DNA of 64,000 nt from Paragordius varius (taxonomy: Eukaryota > Animalia > Nematomorpha). Positions 11,701 to 24,208 of the stretch are shown here, one piece after another; positions within the stretch are counted from its first letter, which is position 1; every line of letters begins with the position of its first letter. Location: NCBI GenBank assembly GCA_964247055.1, contig OZ176055.1, forward strand, positions 8,928,001 to 8,992,000, read 5' to 3'. The notes under the pieces were generated by a model that did not search any database, was not told the DNA's origin, and was given only the letters and a program-made list of their open reading frames with translations. A program made the translations under genes and the position numbers.

Positions 11701-13684
11701 CCGTTTTGGGTGGTGTAACTATTGCCTGGGTTGACGAGAATACAGCTTTGGGCCCAGGTAATTTTTGCTCGATTCAGGTTTTAACTGGTCCAAAAAACGG
11801 TCTTGAAACAATTATAAATTTTAAAATGGTGGCCTTTTAAAATGTTTTTGATTCCAAGCTCCTTCGTTGTTATCGGTTCTAAGACTGGTTTTCGATTATA
11901 ATTAGATTAAAGTGGTTTAAAACTGAAAATAATACGGTTGTGTTTAACATCTGGTTTTAAAATTTTGTTCGGTTATGTTATCAGCCCTGTTAATAGCCCT
12001 CTATTCTGCTATAACCATTTTTTACCTTGCTTTTTATTTTCAGTTTAATAATTTTAAGTATCCTAAATCCTGGTGCTCGTATATAAAAAGCTTGTTATAT
12101 ACAGTTTAGAGTCTCTTTTTTTCTTTTTTATTAAGGTAAAGACTTAAATTGTATCCGGACTTGTCAAGGCTTTAACACTCGCCTGCCTGCCCAGGGCTGA
12201 CATTGATGATGGAAAAATTGCGTAATTTGGGGTTCGTAGCACGCAGTGTAAGAGTGGCGCCCTACCTGATATATAATTGATTAAAACATTTATAGTATTA
12301 AACCTTTTTTGAAAATTTTCCAGCTAATTACACAATATAACATTTTTTCTTGCATCTGAATATAGATAAGGTTGATGTTTGGAATTTACGGCCTTTCACC
12401 TCAAAAGATTTTGCTATAAGATCCCTATCTGATCGAATAAAAGATTTGGATCATTTGCAATTTCTTTACCCTGATATACCAAAAGATACGGCATTTGGGA
12501 ACTATTATTCAGCATCGGAAGGTTTTTGTTTTTATTTAATGATATAAAAATAGACAAATAATTTTTATTTTTAAAGACAATCGTACTTTTTGAACAACTA
12601 AACTTTGGTTTACTCTCTCTCTCTTTATATATATATATATATAAATATATTACCTTTAAGTTATTATTGAAATATATATAATATAGTATATAATACAATT
12701 TGTCTTTCTATTCCATAGATTACAAGCTAAGACAATAAGTTTTAATCAATAAAAAAATTAAGGTCTAAAAAATATAATTGTCTTATAATTTTTACCCCTT
12801 TTCAATCATAATTTTTACTATATATGCCTAATGCAAGTATTATACTATCATAGGTGGACCTGCCATATTGAAGGATGGATATGTTGGAACCGTACTTATA
12901 ACCACAACTGCCTTACCTCTCGAGTAAATGACTTGTATTTTATTAGTTAAATTACCAAAAAAATATTAACTCGACCTCTTGTATAATAAAGTAAATTTAT
13001 TGATAAATTCATTCGATATTTTAGTAGGGTAATATAATTTGTATACAAAATGTTTAAATTATATACGATTATCATGATTAAATAAAACTTTATTGAAATA
13101 CTGATAATTGATATCAAAAATTTTATAGCAAATCAACCAATTTAATCCCATCTAGTCATCATCATGAGGTGGAAAATAATTCCCATAACAGTTCAACGGA
13201 AAAATCCTCACCCCCATCTTTCAATCAATCTATGAATGAAGAAATTAGGTGCCTAAATAATTATTATATACGCTTCTTTATCATCGGAATAAATTTTCTT
13301 TAAAAAGAAAAAACGTAAAAAATAATATTTTAAACATAACAAGTTATAACTCCAAAACTAAAAATTTTTTCCATAAAGGCAACCATATATATTTGAATTT
13401 GCTTTTATAATTATTTTGAGATGGGAAGGGAATAGTGATATGTTAGCTAACAACACATATACCCAGTTATATATTTTTTAAATTATTTATCCGTATATTT
13501 TTTATATATGTGCAAAAAATAATCTGTTTAATTAATTTTTTACTGTAGTAATGTTCCTTTTGAAGAACTGTGGAGTTCCGGTGGGGCTGACGATTTCTTA
13601 ACTAGCATAGAATCGGAAAGTTTGAATTTTTTGAATAATCCCAATTTGATGGATGATATTGATATTTGCACTTCAACCCATTAA
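4747..13684 (+). CDS. STAT: STAT transcription factor (STAT5-like), 20 coding exons, 822 aa
   Basis: Exons: 4747-4871, 4897-5059, 5090-5179, 5205-5285, 5316-5397, 5728-5930, 6250-6401, 6768-6920, 7604-7738, 8222-8378, 8741-8863, 9193-9285, 10013-10148, 10494-10546, 10916-11010, 11612-11757, 12366-12521, 12854-12923, 13129-13248, 13549-13684. All GT-AG and phase-compatible, total 2469 nt. Motifs: [64 protein letters not shown]2 [14 protein letters not shown]-like FLYPDIPKD, phospho-Tyr DGYV. Confidence 0.96.
5937..6193. mobile_element. TA-flanked MITE (TACAGT...ACTGTA family, Tc1/mariner-type) in STAT intron 6
   Basis: Ends TA-CAGT...ACTG-TA with imperfect long TIRs (aaaacgtaaaa / tttacgtcttg). 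Relatives at 19475-19751, 20716-20961, 61335-61575 and 63411-63648. Confidence 0.65.
6947..7506. mobile_element. Longer TA-CAGT...ACTG-TA element in STAT intron 8
   Basis: tacagtacaaattt at 6947 and ttctactgta ending 7506. The interior is too degenerate to classify. Confidence 0.4.
11189..11413. mobile_element. Fold-back MITE in STAT intron 15
   Basis: The ~87-bp arm 11189-11275 is the imperfect reverse complement of 11327-11413. A solo copy of the arm lies at ~24706-24797. Confidence 0.7.
12204..12269 (+). ncRNA. Candidate intronic box C/D snoRNA
   Basis: GC-rich island in STAT intron 16 with TGATGA (12204-12209) and CTGA (12266-12269), ending 96 nt before the 3' splice site. No target identified and the terminal stem is weak. 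Confidence 0.25.
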
Positions 13685-13976
13685 AATTGTTGTAAAATAT
13701 ATATTAAATTATTAAACAGAGTGCCTTTTTTTCTAATATATCGGATGTTCCCCCAATCATAGTCATATGCGATTTATTATAATATATATATTACACAGAA
13801 TATATATGATTATATATATATTAGTATTTTATTTAAAAATTTATACATATATTTTAATCACATTATATTTCTTTGTTTTAAACATATAATAGTATAGACG
13901 CTCTCGGTATTTAATAAGTATATAAAAACCACAATAAATTTTTACAAGAAGCAGTTATTTTCGTTTGAGTGATGAT

Positions 13977-16900
13977 TTATGCATGATTGCGTTTTACATG
14001 GCTATCATGAGCAGCGTGGGAAGCAAAAGCCCTTCCACAGAATTTGCACTATTCCATACACAGAGATATGAGATAACAATAAAGAGCGGAATTATGGGCT
14101 ATAGGGGAAAATATTCCCTTATTTTAATAAGGTAAAAGTACCCATAAAGCCAATAATATGGTTGTTTGCATAAAAAATTTAAATTATTTATCATCTACGG
14201 GTGTGGTTCCTTTTTCAATTCGATTTAAAATACGATCTCGCTCAATTAATGAACGTCTTTTTTAGACTTTTTTATATATTAAAATCGCAGTTTTAAGCCC
14301 GATAGCTAAATATTTCACATAAGATCCGGTTCAAGCAGCTCTATTTAAAGCGGTACAATTTTTTTAGGTTACTAATTTTGGAAATAATTAACAAACTAAC
14401 TATGTATAGCGGACATCTATAGTTCCAGTATTCCGATAAAAAATATCTTAATTTTCTCATTTTTTAATTCATATCGAGTCCTATATCGATCAATAAATAA
14501 AAATAAATTTTCCATATGAATCAACGTACAATCCAAAATAAAAAACCCCTTCGTATCTTTCATTGCAAAATGGCCGCGATAAAATTTAAGTTAAATCTAA
14601 AACTTATTTTGCATGAAAGAAGCTTACATTTTCATATAACATCCATCTACTATTAATTATTATCGAACCCTTATCAATGGTATAAAATTTTATATTTATT
14701 CATGTAATCTTTTTTTAGTTTTTTTGTTATGAAAGACAAATTTCATTTGCTCGTAGCATATTAAGGGTGACTTGTCACGCGAATCACGTTTAACGTCTAA
14801 TTTACTAATCAATAAAATATATGGGCTTTAATCACTTTATTTCGTTCAACAGTTTCAAATAAAATTTTAAAATATAAAAAAACGGAAATACATATTCAAT
14901 TAAAATAAATATTTTTATTATGACGTGATGAATGTATGCGTTTGTTTACTTTCGCTTAATTTTTAATAAATTACTTTTTTAAATGCCAACCCCAAAACTA
15001 AAACACCATTTCTGCCTATATAAATTATAAAAAAAAGATCACTAGTTTTCTTATTGCAAAATAGAAGTAATATAGTTTTATAACCAATCATAATGCTCTT
15101 TAATGTATATGCTATCTGTCCAAAATAAATGAAAAACTAGCAATGTATTTTTAATTATGCCATATATCTATTATGCCGAGAAATATATTTTATCTGATCG
15201 GATTACCTTGAATGGTTTTTCCCCACTGTGTTGTCTAACATGCGTCCGTAAAATGCTCGATGCCGTGAACGCTTTCGTGCAATGCAAACATTTATATGGT
15301 CTTTCACCACTGTGCACCCGGACATGTTTGTTGAGGGATGAAGATTGACTAAAACATTTTCCACAAAAAGCACATTTGTGTGGTCTGTGCTTATCATGTA
15401 CATGCAGTATGTGGATCCTTAATCTATCCCGTTTTTCGAACGATCTATTTTTTTTAATGTTTAAGAAAGTTATGTTTTATTTACCATTTTAACTTCAAAC
15501 AGTTAGTTATAACTGACAAACATTAGATATACGGATTAATGAGCTAAAAAAATTATTTTCAAAACTATTTTTACTAATCATTAAATTTATACCTGGCACA
15601 CATATTGCAAGGAAACTTTCGATTACCTTGATCCACACACTTGGTATATTTCAAATGTTTTTCCAGATAATAATGATAGGCAAATACTTTACCACAGTAA
15701 CGGCATTGGTATCCATCTTTACTGTTGTTGTTAACTAAAGAGAGTGTTATGAATTCAACAAAATTAAAAGTGATTTATAAAAAAAATATGATTTATTTAG
15801 GCCAAGGAAATCAAGTTAATTGGAATTTAAGATAGTAAAATGCAATAATTATATGGCTTTTCATTTTTATCTATTAGTGTTCACAATCCATTTTAATTTA
15901 TCCAAAGTTAAGAAAAAAAGAGAAAAATGAGTTTTTAAAAATAAAAAAACGGTATTATTCAAATGCAATACCTTGGATAGTTTTTATAGTGTCAATGCCT
16001 AAAATTTTATTTTTGTATGCCTTTAAAAAATAAAAAGCCTTTTTCATGTTGAACATGGCCCGATTTTTGAAAAAAATATATTTGGACAATATGGATTAAT
16101 TCAAAGATTTTGATAATTGAACAGTACCTAAATGGGACGGGTTAATGCATGTAACTAGGATCGCTTTCGATAATAACCAATTACATTTAACATGTGTTTT
16201 TAATTTATTTAATTTGCAAAACAAAAATATCTATTATATTGATTGATATAAATATAGAATGTTGCTCTAAGATAATTTGCCAGAAAAGGTTATCCCATTC
16301 AAATACAAAAGTTTTTATATTCATCATTTAATGTGCCGACTATTATTATCATGCCAAATTTCTAATTATCCTCTGTTAAGTAATTTACCATATAAAAATA
16401 ACTTAGCTTTGAAGCAACTTTTCCAGAAAATCCATGAGAATATATATATTGATTCATAATCATTTTAGTTATTTCTCATTTGATGGCAAAAATTTTAGTC
16501 AAGGGTTAAATCAGCCCCGAGTTAGGGCCGCACCATATGTTCAATATGCCACTATACAAAAATAGAGTGAATTGGAAGCATTTACAATGGAAACTAATGA
16601 GACCATGTAGTTTTAAAGGCAAATTAAGTTCACTCGAAAGCTTTTTATTAGCCGTTAGATACACATTGTTAAAAACTACTTTATAATTGATAATTGTGTG
16701 TGTGACACAATATTTTTTATATTGCAGAAAAAATTAATTATCCATTTAGTTGACAGTGTCGATTTAGTCTTAGCGATGCGTGACAGGGTTAGTAAAACTA
16801 CTTAAATATATACATATTTGTATATATATATATATATATATATATATTGATAATTGATTTTGGCCTATTAAATGAGCAAAAAATAATTATCTAAAATAAA

Positions 16901-18083
16901 AAAAAATTTTCAACCTGAAAAAATATTATTTTTCTAACGCATCAATATGGTCATTTTCAAAGTAGTCTACAGTTAAACTCCATTTATTTATTTTAGGGAA
17001 AACTATAGTAATAAAAACGATTTACTTGTTATTGAGATTGGCGTTTGTACGATTGCCAGAGGAATGCCTTCTGATATATCTTGAACAATTAAAATTTCAA
17101 CGTAGGGCATAAATTTGGTTACTACGGCATTATAGGAGGAATGTGGATATTCGGTTTGCATGGATTTCCGAAAAAAGTTGTATAGCATATACCAAAATTT
17201 TTCAATTGTATGATTTTTTGCACCATTTTCTCCATTGATATCTATGACAAATCCTAAATAATTTAAAATCTTAGTTCACCTTTTTTTAATTTTATTTTAT
17301 ATGTAATAAAGATTATTAGTAGTACATACAAAAAATATGTATTATCATCATCCTGTTTAAAAAACAATTCAACGAAAATAATTTGATGGTTTTTAAAAGA
17401 TAAAATTTTTTTAGCAATGGGTTTGGGTATGTATTATGTTCTTCGCTAACTAGCAAAATTAATGGTTAAATCGGTTTTTGGATAATAAAAATTTTTGTTT
17501 ATGGACTGTATACTTTATAAGCAAGAAAAAACTAAAAAAACCATAATCGATCAATTATATCAGTGGTACTCACCAAAAATATTTAACAGGCCCCACAAAA
17601 ATTATTTATTTTTTATCTGAAGGGTGCCATGTCCCTATAATATCGATAATAATTTTCACAGCAGTTTTTACATATTTGTAGGAATTTATTCTTAAAATAA
17701 ACAATTTTAATTCGAGGCCATAAAAAGCACTTTAGTAGGGTTGCGGTTTAAGTATTAAATTATATCCATTTCATTGTTTGTCTTTTAACAAATAAAAGAC
17801 CTACCTCTTTAACCAATAAATAATATGGTAGTGAATGCAAAACATGACCGATAACCTAATATTAAATTATTTTTTCCTAAAAATATTTAAGAAATTTTTA
17901 ATACTCATCAGTACTACGATAGTTACCATGGATAATAATTTATAAATATTTTAAAATTAAAAAACTTACATGTAATATTTATACCTTTACTACGAAACCG
18001 GGTGCCCTTTTTTATATATTTTCTTGCACAAATAGCCCATTTGAATTGCTTGTTGTCCGTGTACACAGTTTTTAAATATAAAT
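13977..18083 (-). CDS. PRDM14: PRDM14 orthologue (C2H2 array certain; divergent PR/SET exons tentative; start codon not found)
   Basis: Firm exons 15734-15593, 15444-15207 and 14048-13977 splice to DGYQCRYCGKVFAYHYYLEKHLKYTKCVDQGNRKFPCNMCARSFEKRDRLRIHILHVHDKHRPHKCAFCGKCFSQSSSLNKHVRVHSGERPYKCLHCTKAFTASSILRTHVRQHSGEKPFKCKFCGRAFASHAAHDSHVKRNHA*, nearly identical to the recalled vertebrate PRDM14 fingers. Probable exon 17253-17026 (phase-compatible). Tentative exons 17855-17805 and 18083-17999. Confidence 0.9.
17561..17640 (+). mobile_element. Solo end of the hAT (Charlie/Buster) family seen at 21826
   Basis: cagtggtactcaccaaaaa...gggcc/ggccc matches the left terminus at 21826. Confidence 0.6.
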
Positions 18084-19474
18084 CTAAATGATGGTAATAA
18101 TTTTAATACATAGACAAAAAAGAATTATGTAATTTTTAAAGACGTATATATATTAAATATGACTTGATAAAAGCGAATAATTTTCTTCGGAAATATCCAA
18201 AACCGAATTAGAGTTCGACATTGATAGTATAATTAGATTATATGATTGATTAAATTAATAATTTCAAAGAAATTAAATTATAAATCCTTTTTTTGCTAAT
18301 AAATTATTGGTTTGCTAAACTATTTTTTCCCCATTTATTTTTATTTTTGATTGCAATCATGACGACTTTTCTATTGCAGTTATTTTACGAGATAAAATAA
18401 AATCACATATAAGTTTCCTATTATTAATTTTCCCTAAGGGGTCGCCACACTTTAACATTTTTTTGTGCAACGCAGTTTATAATTTCCACATTCAATCTTA
18501 AACCTATCTGGAACTAACTAATAATAAATGTAATATTAATTCTGATAAAAAGTTATATATTATATATGATAGATATTATCTTTGCATCAATAATAATCAG
18601 ACAAATTTTATTATATATTGTCCTGCTCTCCAATACTCAGAAATTGGATTTATCAAAAAGATGTAGATATAAGCATCATTGTTATAGCAATTGACTGTTT
18701 TTTTATAAAAAAAATGGAGATCAAAAATTTGAAGTTATAAAAAATTTAAATATTTATGTCATGATTTGTAACAATAATTCCTGAGAGAATATCAATTTGT
18801 AACGCTTAAATAACCAAATGTAGTATTTTGATCATTATCATATTATTTGCATATAGAGAAGTCACACAGTGTTAGCTTTAAATTTCTCCTTGGAAATTTA
18901 TTTCTTGTTTTTATTATTGTTATAATTTTTTGTTTTTATAGATTTCATCTTAAAAATTATTTTTGGATAAAAAATGAGAAAAAGTTTATAACGTGTTAAA
19001 AAATGTTTTTTTTAAAACTTTTAATTCAATAAAAAACTGGGTTTTAGTGTAAAAGGTTTTTTTTGAAGAACTGAAATGTTGAGGGATATCGAGTCGCGGT
19101 TTTTTAGCAAAATATTTTCTTCGGACATTTTTCTATTATATCGATATAATGTTCTTTCCTATCATTTTTACATAAAAAATTATTAACTAAAACTATGGAC
19201 TTGGGTTGTATCACAATCACCCATATATAATATATATTTATCAAGAAAAAAGTTTTTTATTTTTTATTACAAATCTGACTAATAATGAGACTAAGTGTAT
19301 TAAACAAAAATTATTAAATTGAACTATCTCCACAAATTTTGATACATAGTAGTATCTATTTCAATGAATTAATTTTATTAACAATTATTTCTTTTGTGTT
19401 TATTTTATCCATTAAAAAAGATATTACCTACCGTGAACATGAATTGAAAATTTTGGATAGAGTTTAATTTTATT

Positions 19475-19751
19475 TTACGGACAAAACGTAAAAATATAAA
19501 GACAAATATTTTTTACTAAAACACAACCCCATACTTTTAAAACCTTAATGTTTTCCATATAAGCTACTTATAGTTATAATTGTAAAATATAGAATTGATT
19601 GTGTTAGATTCTATATCTCTATTCACTTTGTCTTAAACAATGAGTTATATTTATATAAATCTACATTTAAAAAGTATGAATGTCTTTTAGAAAAAAAGGA
19701 TTTGTCTTTATATTTTTGCATTTTGTCCGTATAATTTCAATTTTTACTGTA
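19475..19751. mobile_element. TA-CAGT family MITE
   Basis: Inverted arms acggacaaaacgtaaaaatataaagacaaa / tttgtctttatatttttgcattttgtccgt; ends ttttactgta. Confidence 0.7.
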
Positions 19752-20715
19752 AGATTTTAGAAAATATTCGTTCTCTTTAACAATATTAACAAAAAATATA
19801 AAGGTTTCTAGGGATCTTTCTAAAATTTTATTTTTTTTACTTATATAGTATGAAATATAAAGCATTACAATAAGTGTCAATAAATAGGCATAAGTTTCTG
19901 AAATTTGATTGACATAATACTCTAGCTTTTTTGTATAAAGGAGGCTTACGATTCGCTGAAATTCCTTTCAATTAATTTACTAAATAATATATTTTTGATT
20001 AAGTTTAAATATGTTAAAATCCATTAAAAAATCGAAAAGTCCCGATTTTCTATCATGCCTCTTTTTGAAAAATACATAAAAATAAATAATTTTCTAATTT
20101 TTATATCTGCACAGAAAATTCCATCGATATAACCCTTTAGTGATTAATGAAGCATGTCTAATGAGAATTGTTGTGGGAATATATTTTGACTTAATGTGTT
20201 TGGGACAAGTTATATGTAATATTAATATATATTTATGCTTATAAAATATATTTACTAAAAATCTATGTTCCATAGTTTGAAGTGGAGAAAAAATTTCAAA
20301 AAATGAAATATTTATTGTATAGTTAGTAAGTTGGCTGAGGCATCGCTTTGACATAATCAAATTTTTATAGTAAAGTGTATTTTTTTATCGGTGTACTCAT
20401 TAAGGAATCGCGAAAAACCTTACTTTATACAAAGGGAGTGAACGTTTTTCTGACACTTCGTTTCAAAGTCTCAAATTTATAAGGATGGAGTGTAGTTTAC
20501 CATGCGTCCTAAAAACTGCTCTCAAAAATTACTTGTGTATTTTGGGAAACCCCTATTTTCACAAGGAGTGGTTGGAACATAGAGGTTACTCTTAAAATAA
20601 CTCAACCACCGGAGTATTGATAATTTGAAAAATATTTATTACTTTAATGGGATTACATTCCTGGTTAATGGGCATCAAACGCTAATTTTTACATCTTTTC
20701 ATAAATATATAGATA

Positions 20716-20961
20716 TACAGTAAAAATTGAAATTATACGCAAACGTTAAATTATAAAGATAAAATATTTTTTTCAGAAGACAACCATACTTTTTTGAACC
20801 TTAATTCAACATATTAAAAATATATAATAACAATCGTAAATTGTATACTTTGGCGTTTAAAACATTGTATATTTAAAAAATCAAGTATGGTTGTATTTTA
20901 GAAAATAATAGTTTTCTTTATATTTTTACTTTTTGTACGTATAATTTCAAATTTTACTCTA
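20716..20961. mobile_element. TA-CAGT family MITE
   Basis: tacagtaaaaattgaaattatacg ... cgtataatttcaaattttactcta TIRs, 246 bp. Confidence 0.75.
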
Positions 20962-21825
20962 AGTGTAGTGACCAAATAGGGCAGCATTTCGAAAACTCTG
21001 CCATATTCTCTAAATATCTGGGATTCCACGCATTCTCGACCAACACATATAGGAGTTGTTTATTCCACTGACAAATAAAGGTTTTTGCATAAAACTTGTT
21101 TTCACGGGTTAGAACTAAACATGAGAGCAAATTATAAATAGTATATTCATAATGATCGAAATGTGATTATATGTTTAAGGTCACTAATTTTGAATGGGCT
21201 TACACCGGAAAATTATAAACACACATTTTGTATAAAAAGCGCATTTTAAGGGCATTCAATAAAAAAACGCTTTGGTGTAATCTTTAACTTTGTGAGGCAA
21301 ATACCTAGGACCATTAATTATTTTATATGCCATCATACTGTTTTTGAACCTAAAAATTGGTTTCAAAATAGGGTTACTTTGCAAAATGTGATTACACAGG
21401 ATGAAGAGCTATACTCATAGGCTAATTCATTTATAAAATGGTGCAATCGCTTGTGGGTATTCATAACACTTGTCGACAAATTTGGACATTTTGAGCATCA
21501 CCACTCAAAATTTTTAATTATGACTAATTTCAGTGTTCTAAAACTGAATTTATAAAAAATTTTTGTTCCCCCAACCAGATTTTTGAGATATTATAGGTTT
21601 TTCAATTTTTCAAAAACAAGAAAAAATCGAGAGAAAATTACTTTATAACAAAATGTTATTATATTAAATTGATGTCATTTAGCGTTTTAAACTCTATCTT
21701 TTGAATATAAATATGTCATTTAAATATCAGAGTGAAATAACACGGATATAAACGCCAAAATTCAGTCTTTTTTAAGTTAATTTTATATTAAAAAAATACT
21801 AAAAGATATATCCTATGGTTTAAAC

Positions 21826-24208
21826 CAGTGGTACTCACCAAAAAAATTTGACGGGCCAAAAAAAATATATTTTTTTTTCGAGGGCCATGAACCTTATAAA
21901 GGCAAATATTCCATAGCTATTAGACACATATGCACATATAAATACTCTAAATAACTACGATTAATTTTCTGCGGATCGCATGTAAATCCAGCTATAACTC
22001 GTTTTGCACCATTTAGTTTTTAAAATTAAAATATTTAGATAACAACATTGCTATTATATTAACTAATAATTTTAACAAATTTGGTATCGCCTCATGACAG
22101 GCGAATCTTAATACGTCGTTCATATGATCATCGGTTAATCGATTTCTTTATGAATTCTTGGCATACTTTATTTTTGAATATGCCGTCTTACGCGTGTAAG
22201 TTGAGCAAAAAACAACTAGGATAACTTGAGCTCATTTTTTTATATTTTCTTATTCATTTGGCACATCTTGCCAAAACCCTACATATCTTTCTTCTCTACC
22301 ATTCTCCTTGAATATAGCCTCCAAATTGAAAAAAACCAAAATTCTCAATTTGCTTAATATTGGATATATCCATATGCCATGGATTTTCAACAAGTTAAGC
22401 AATTTTTAATATTTCCAATTTAAAATCTGAGTTTCATCTTAGATCAAAATGTTAAATGATTCTCTATTATTAAATACTCTCCGCGGTAAATTCCATATTT
22501 TTTACATGAATCGTTTTAAGTTTTGGAAAATATAGGAGTGTTTTATTTATGAAATCTTGTTTTCTCTAATTAGAAAATTTGGTCATTATTTTGCTCCCTT
22601 GGATTTGTTAAAACTAAGTTTATAATTAACATCGCAAAGGTGGGCTAATACAAGCCACTATTTGGCACAAGCTTCGTCAACTTTCTGTATCTTTCATAAA
22701 TAATAGAATTTCATGTCTTAAAACAAAAAATCTATTTAATACTTTGCTAAGGCTTAGCCATCTCACAGCGGTGTACAAAAGAATATCATCAAACTCACTG
22801 TGGATATCTTTTAAAAGGTTTTTGAATTTACGGCGGTTGAATTATCTGCTACGAATGTGGTTAGCTATATCCTAAACCGTTTAATTACTGAATTAAGTGA
22901 TTCATTTTTTACACGCGAAATCAAGTTTTGCTGATGAATAAAGCAGTAAAAGGATAAAATATTTTGCAAATTATATTTGTTTTTCAAAAGAGGAATAAAT
23001 CATTTGTTATTCCAATCATAAGAGGGACAGCCACCTGTGCAGATTGAAACCAAATTTTTTATAGCCATTCCATTATATCGAAAAAAGTGCTAATTATTTT
23101 GAAAAAAAAAACATTTCCTTTCGTGGTATTTATTGGTAAATATTTTAGATATTCCTCGTTGAATATGTATTGCAAAATCTCACGAAGAGCGCTCATTGAG
23201 GTGTTGTCCTAAAATCAGTGCTAGAATCAATAGCAATCATAAAATATTTGTAGTTTTTCAGAGCCAATAATGTATTGTTAAAAATACATTTAGACATATC
23301 TTCAATGCATCCAGCACATGTTGAATTAGAAAGTTGAAGTTTTTGAATTGTCTCATGAATTGATCCTTATTATGGAATTTATCAAATAAAAAAGTGCCAC
23401 CATTTATTAGACATTCTTTAAATAGTTAAGAATCAGTAAACGATTTCATATATTTTCCTAAAATATAGCAAATTTTGTACCAAGCTAATGTTACAGCTCT
23501 TTCCTAGGAGAAAATTATGGACATAATAGATATTTTTTTCTGGTATAATCCTTAATCTTTTTATATTTTTCATTGTTCGCATTCTGTTAATTTATGAGAA
23601 ATTTGGATTGTAATTCTTTTAATATTGTATTTTTTTATAATTATGTTGTCCTTACATATAAGGCAGGTAACAACAATTAAAATACAAAAAATTTTTTTCC
23701 CCCATTATTTTATAAAGGAGTGATTTTCATCGGATGATTTACGTTTTTTAGCATTAGATGTCAGGGAATATAATTTGAATTATGCTATAAAAAACAGGTC
23801 ATTTAATAATGTCGATTTAAAAAATAATGGGAATAAGTTATATAAAATGATGTAGGATAGCAATGAAAAGTTTGTATATGCAAGTTTGTGTGAAAGTCTT
23901 GCTTAAATACAAAAAGGAATGCAATAAACATTTCAAAATAGAAAAGAAAATAGAAAACAAAAACAAGTGTGCCAAAATTTTGAAATCTGTGGGGAAATTT
24001 TTTAATATTTCATATTCGGTAAAAAATGTAAATTACCAAAATTATATGTAAAGAAAATAAATTAATATTAAAATAAGCGAAAATTTGTTTATGTGTATTT
24101 TAGAAATTTATCAAAAAAAAATAATTGGGTATCAATATGGTCATAGGGCCATTTTATAGCACTCTTAGGGCCGCATGCGGCCCGCGGGCCGCGGTTTGAG
24201 TATCACTG
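21826..24208 (-). mobile_element. Decayed hAT transposon (Buster/Charlie group) with both ends and TSD
   Basis: TIRs CAGTGGTACTCA / TGAGTATCACTG, 8-bp TSD gtttaaac/gtttaaat, subterminal gcggcccgcgggccgc. Minus-strand relics FMIAIDSSTD, LVSICTGGCPS and DDILLYTAVRWLSLSKVL. Confidence 0.88.

Noticed and set aside
12135-12270. U1 or U11 snRNA
   Set aside because: There are scattered resemblances (cccagggc, an Sm-like aatttgg, terminal ggcgccct), but no U1 ATACTTACCTG or U11 5' end. Kept only as a snoRNA candidate.
15157-15403. ORF-track entries 15157-15348(+) and 15203-15403(-) as small genes
   Set aside because: They are alternative frames over the PRDM14 zinc-finger exon.
21380-21480. C2H2-like CSKC...HKRLH on the minus strand
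   Set aside because: Wrong spacing, an in-frame stop immediately upstream, and no splice context.
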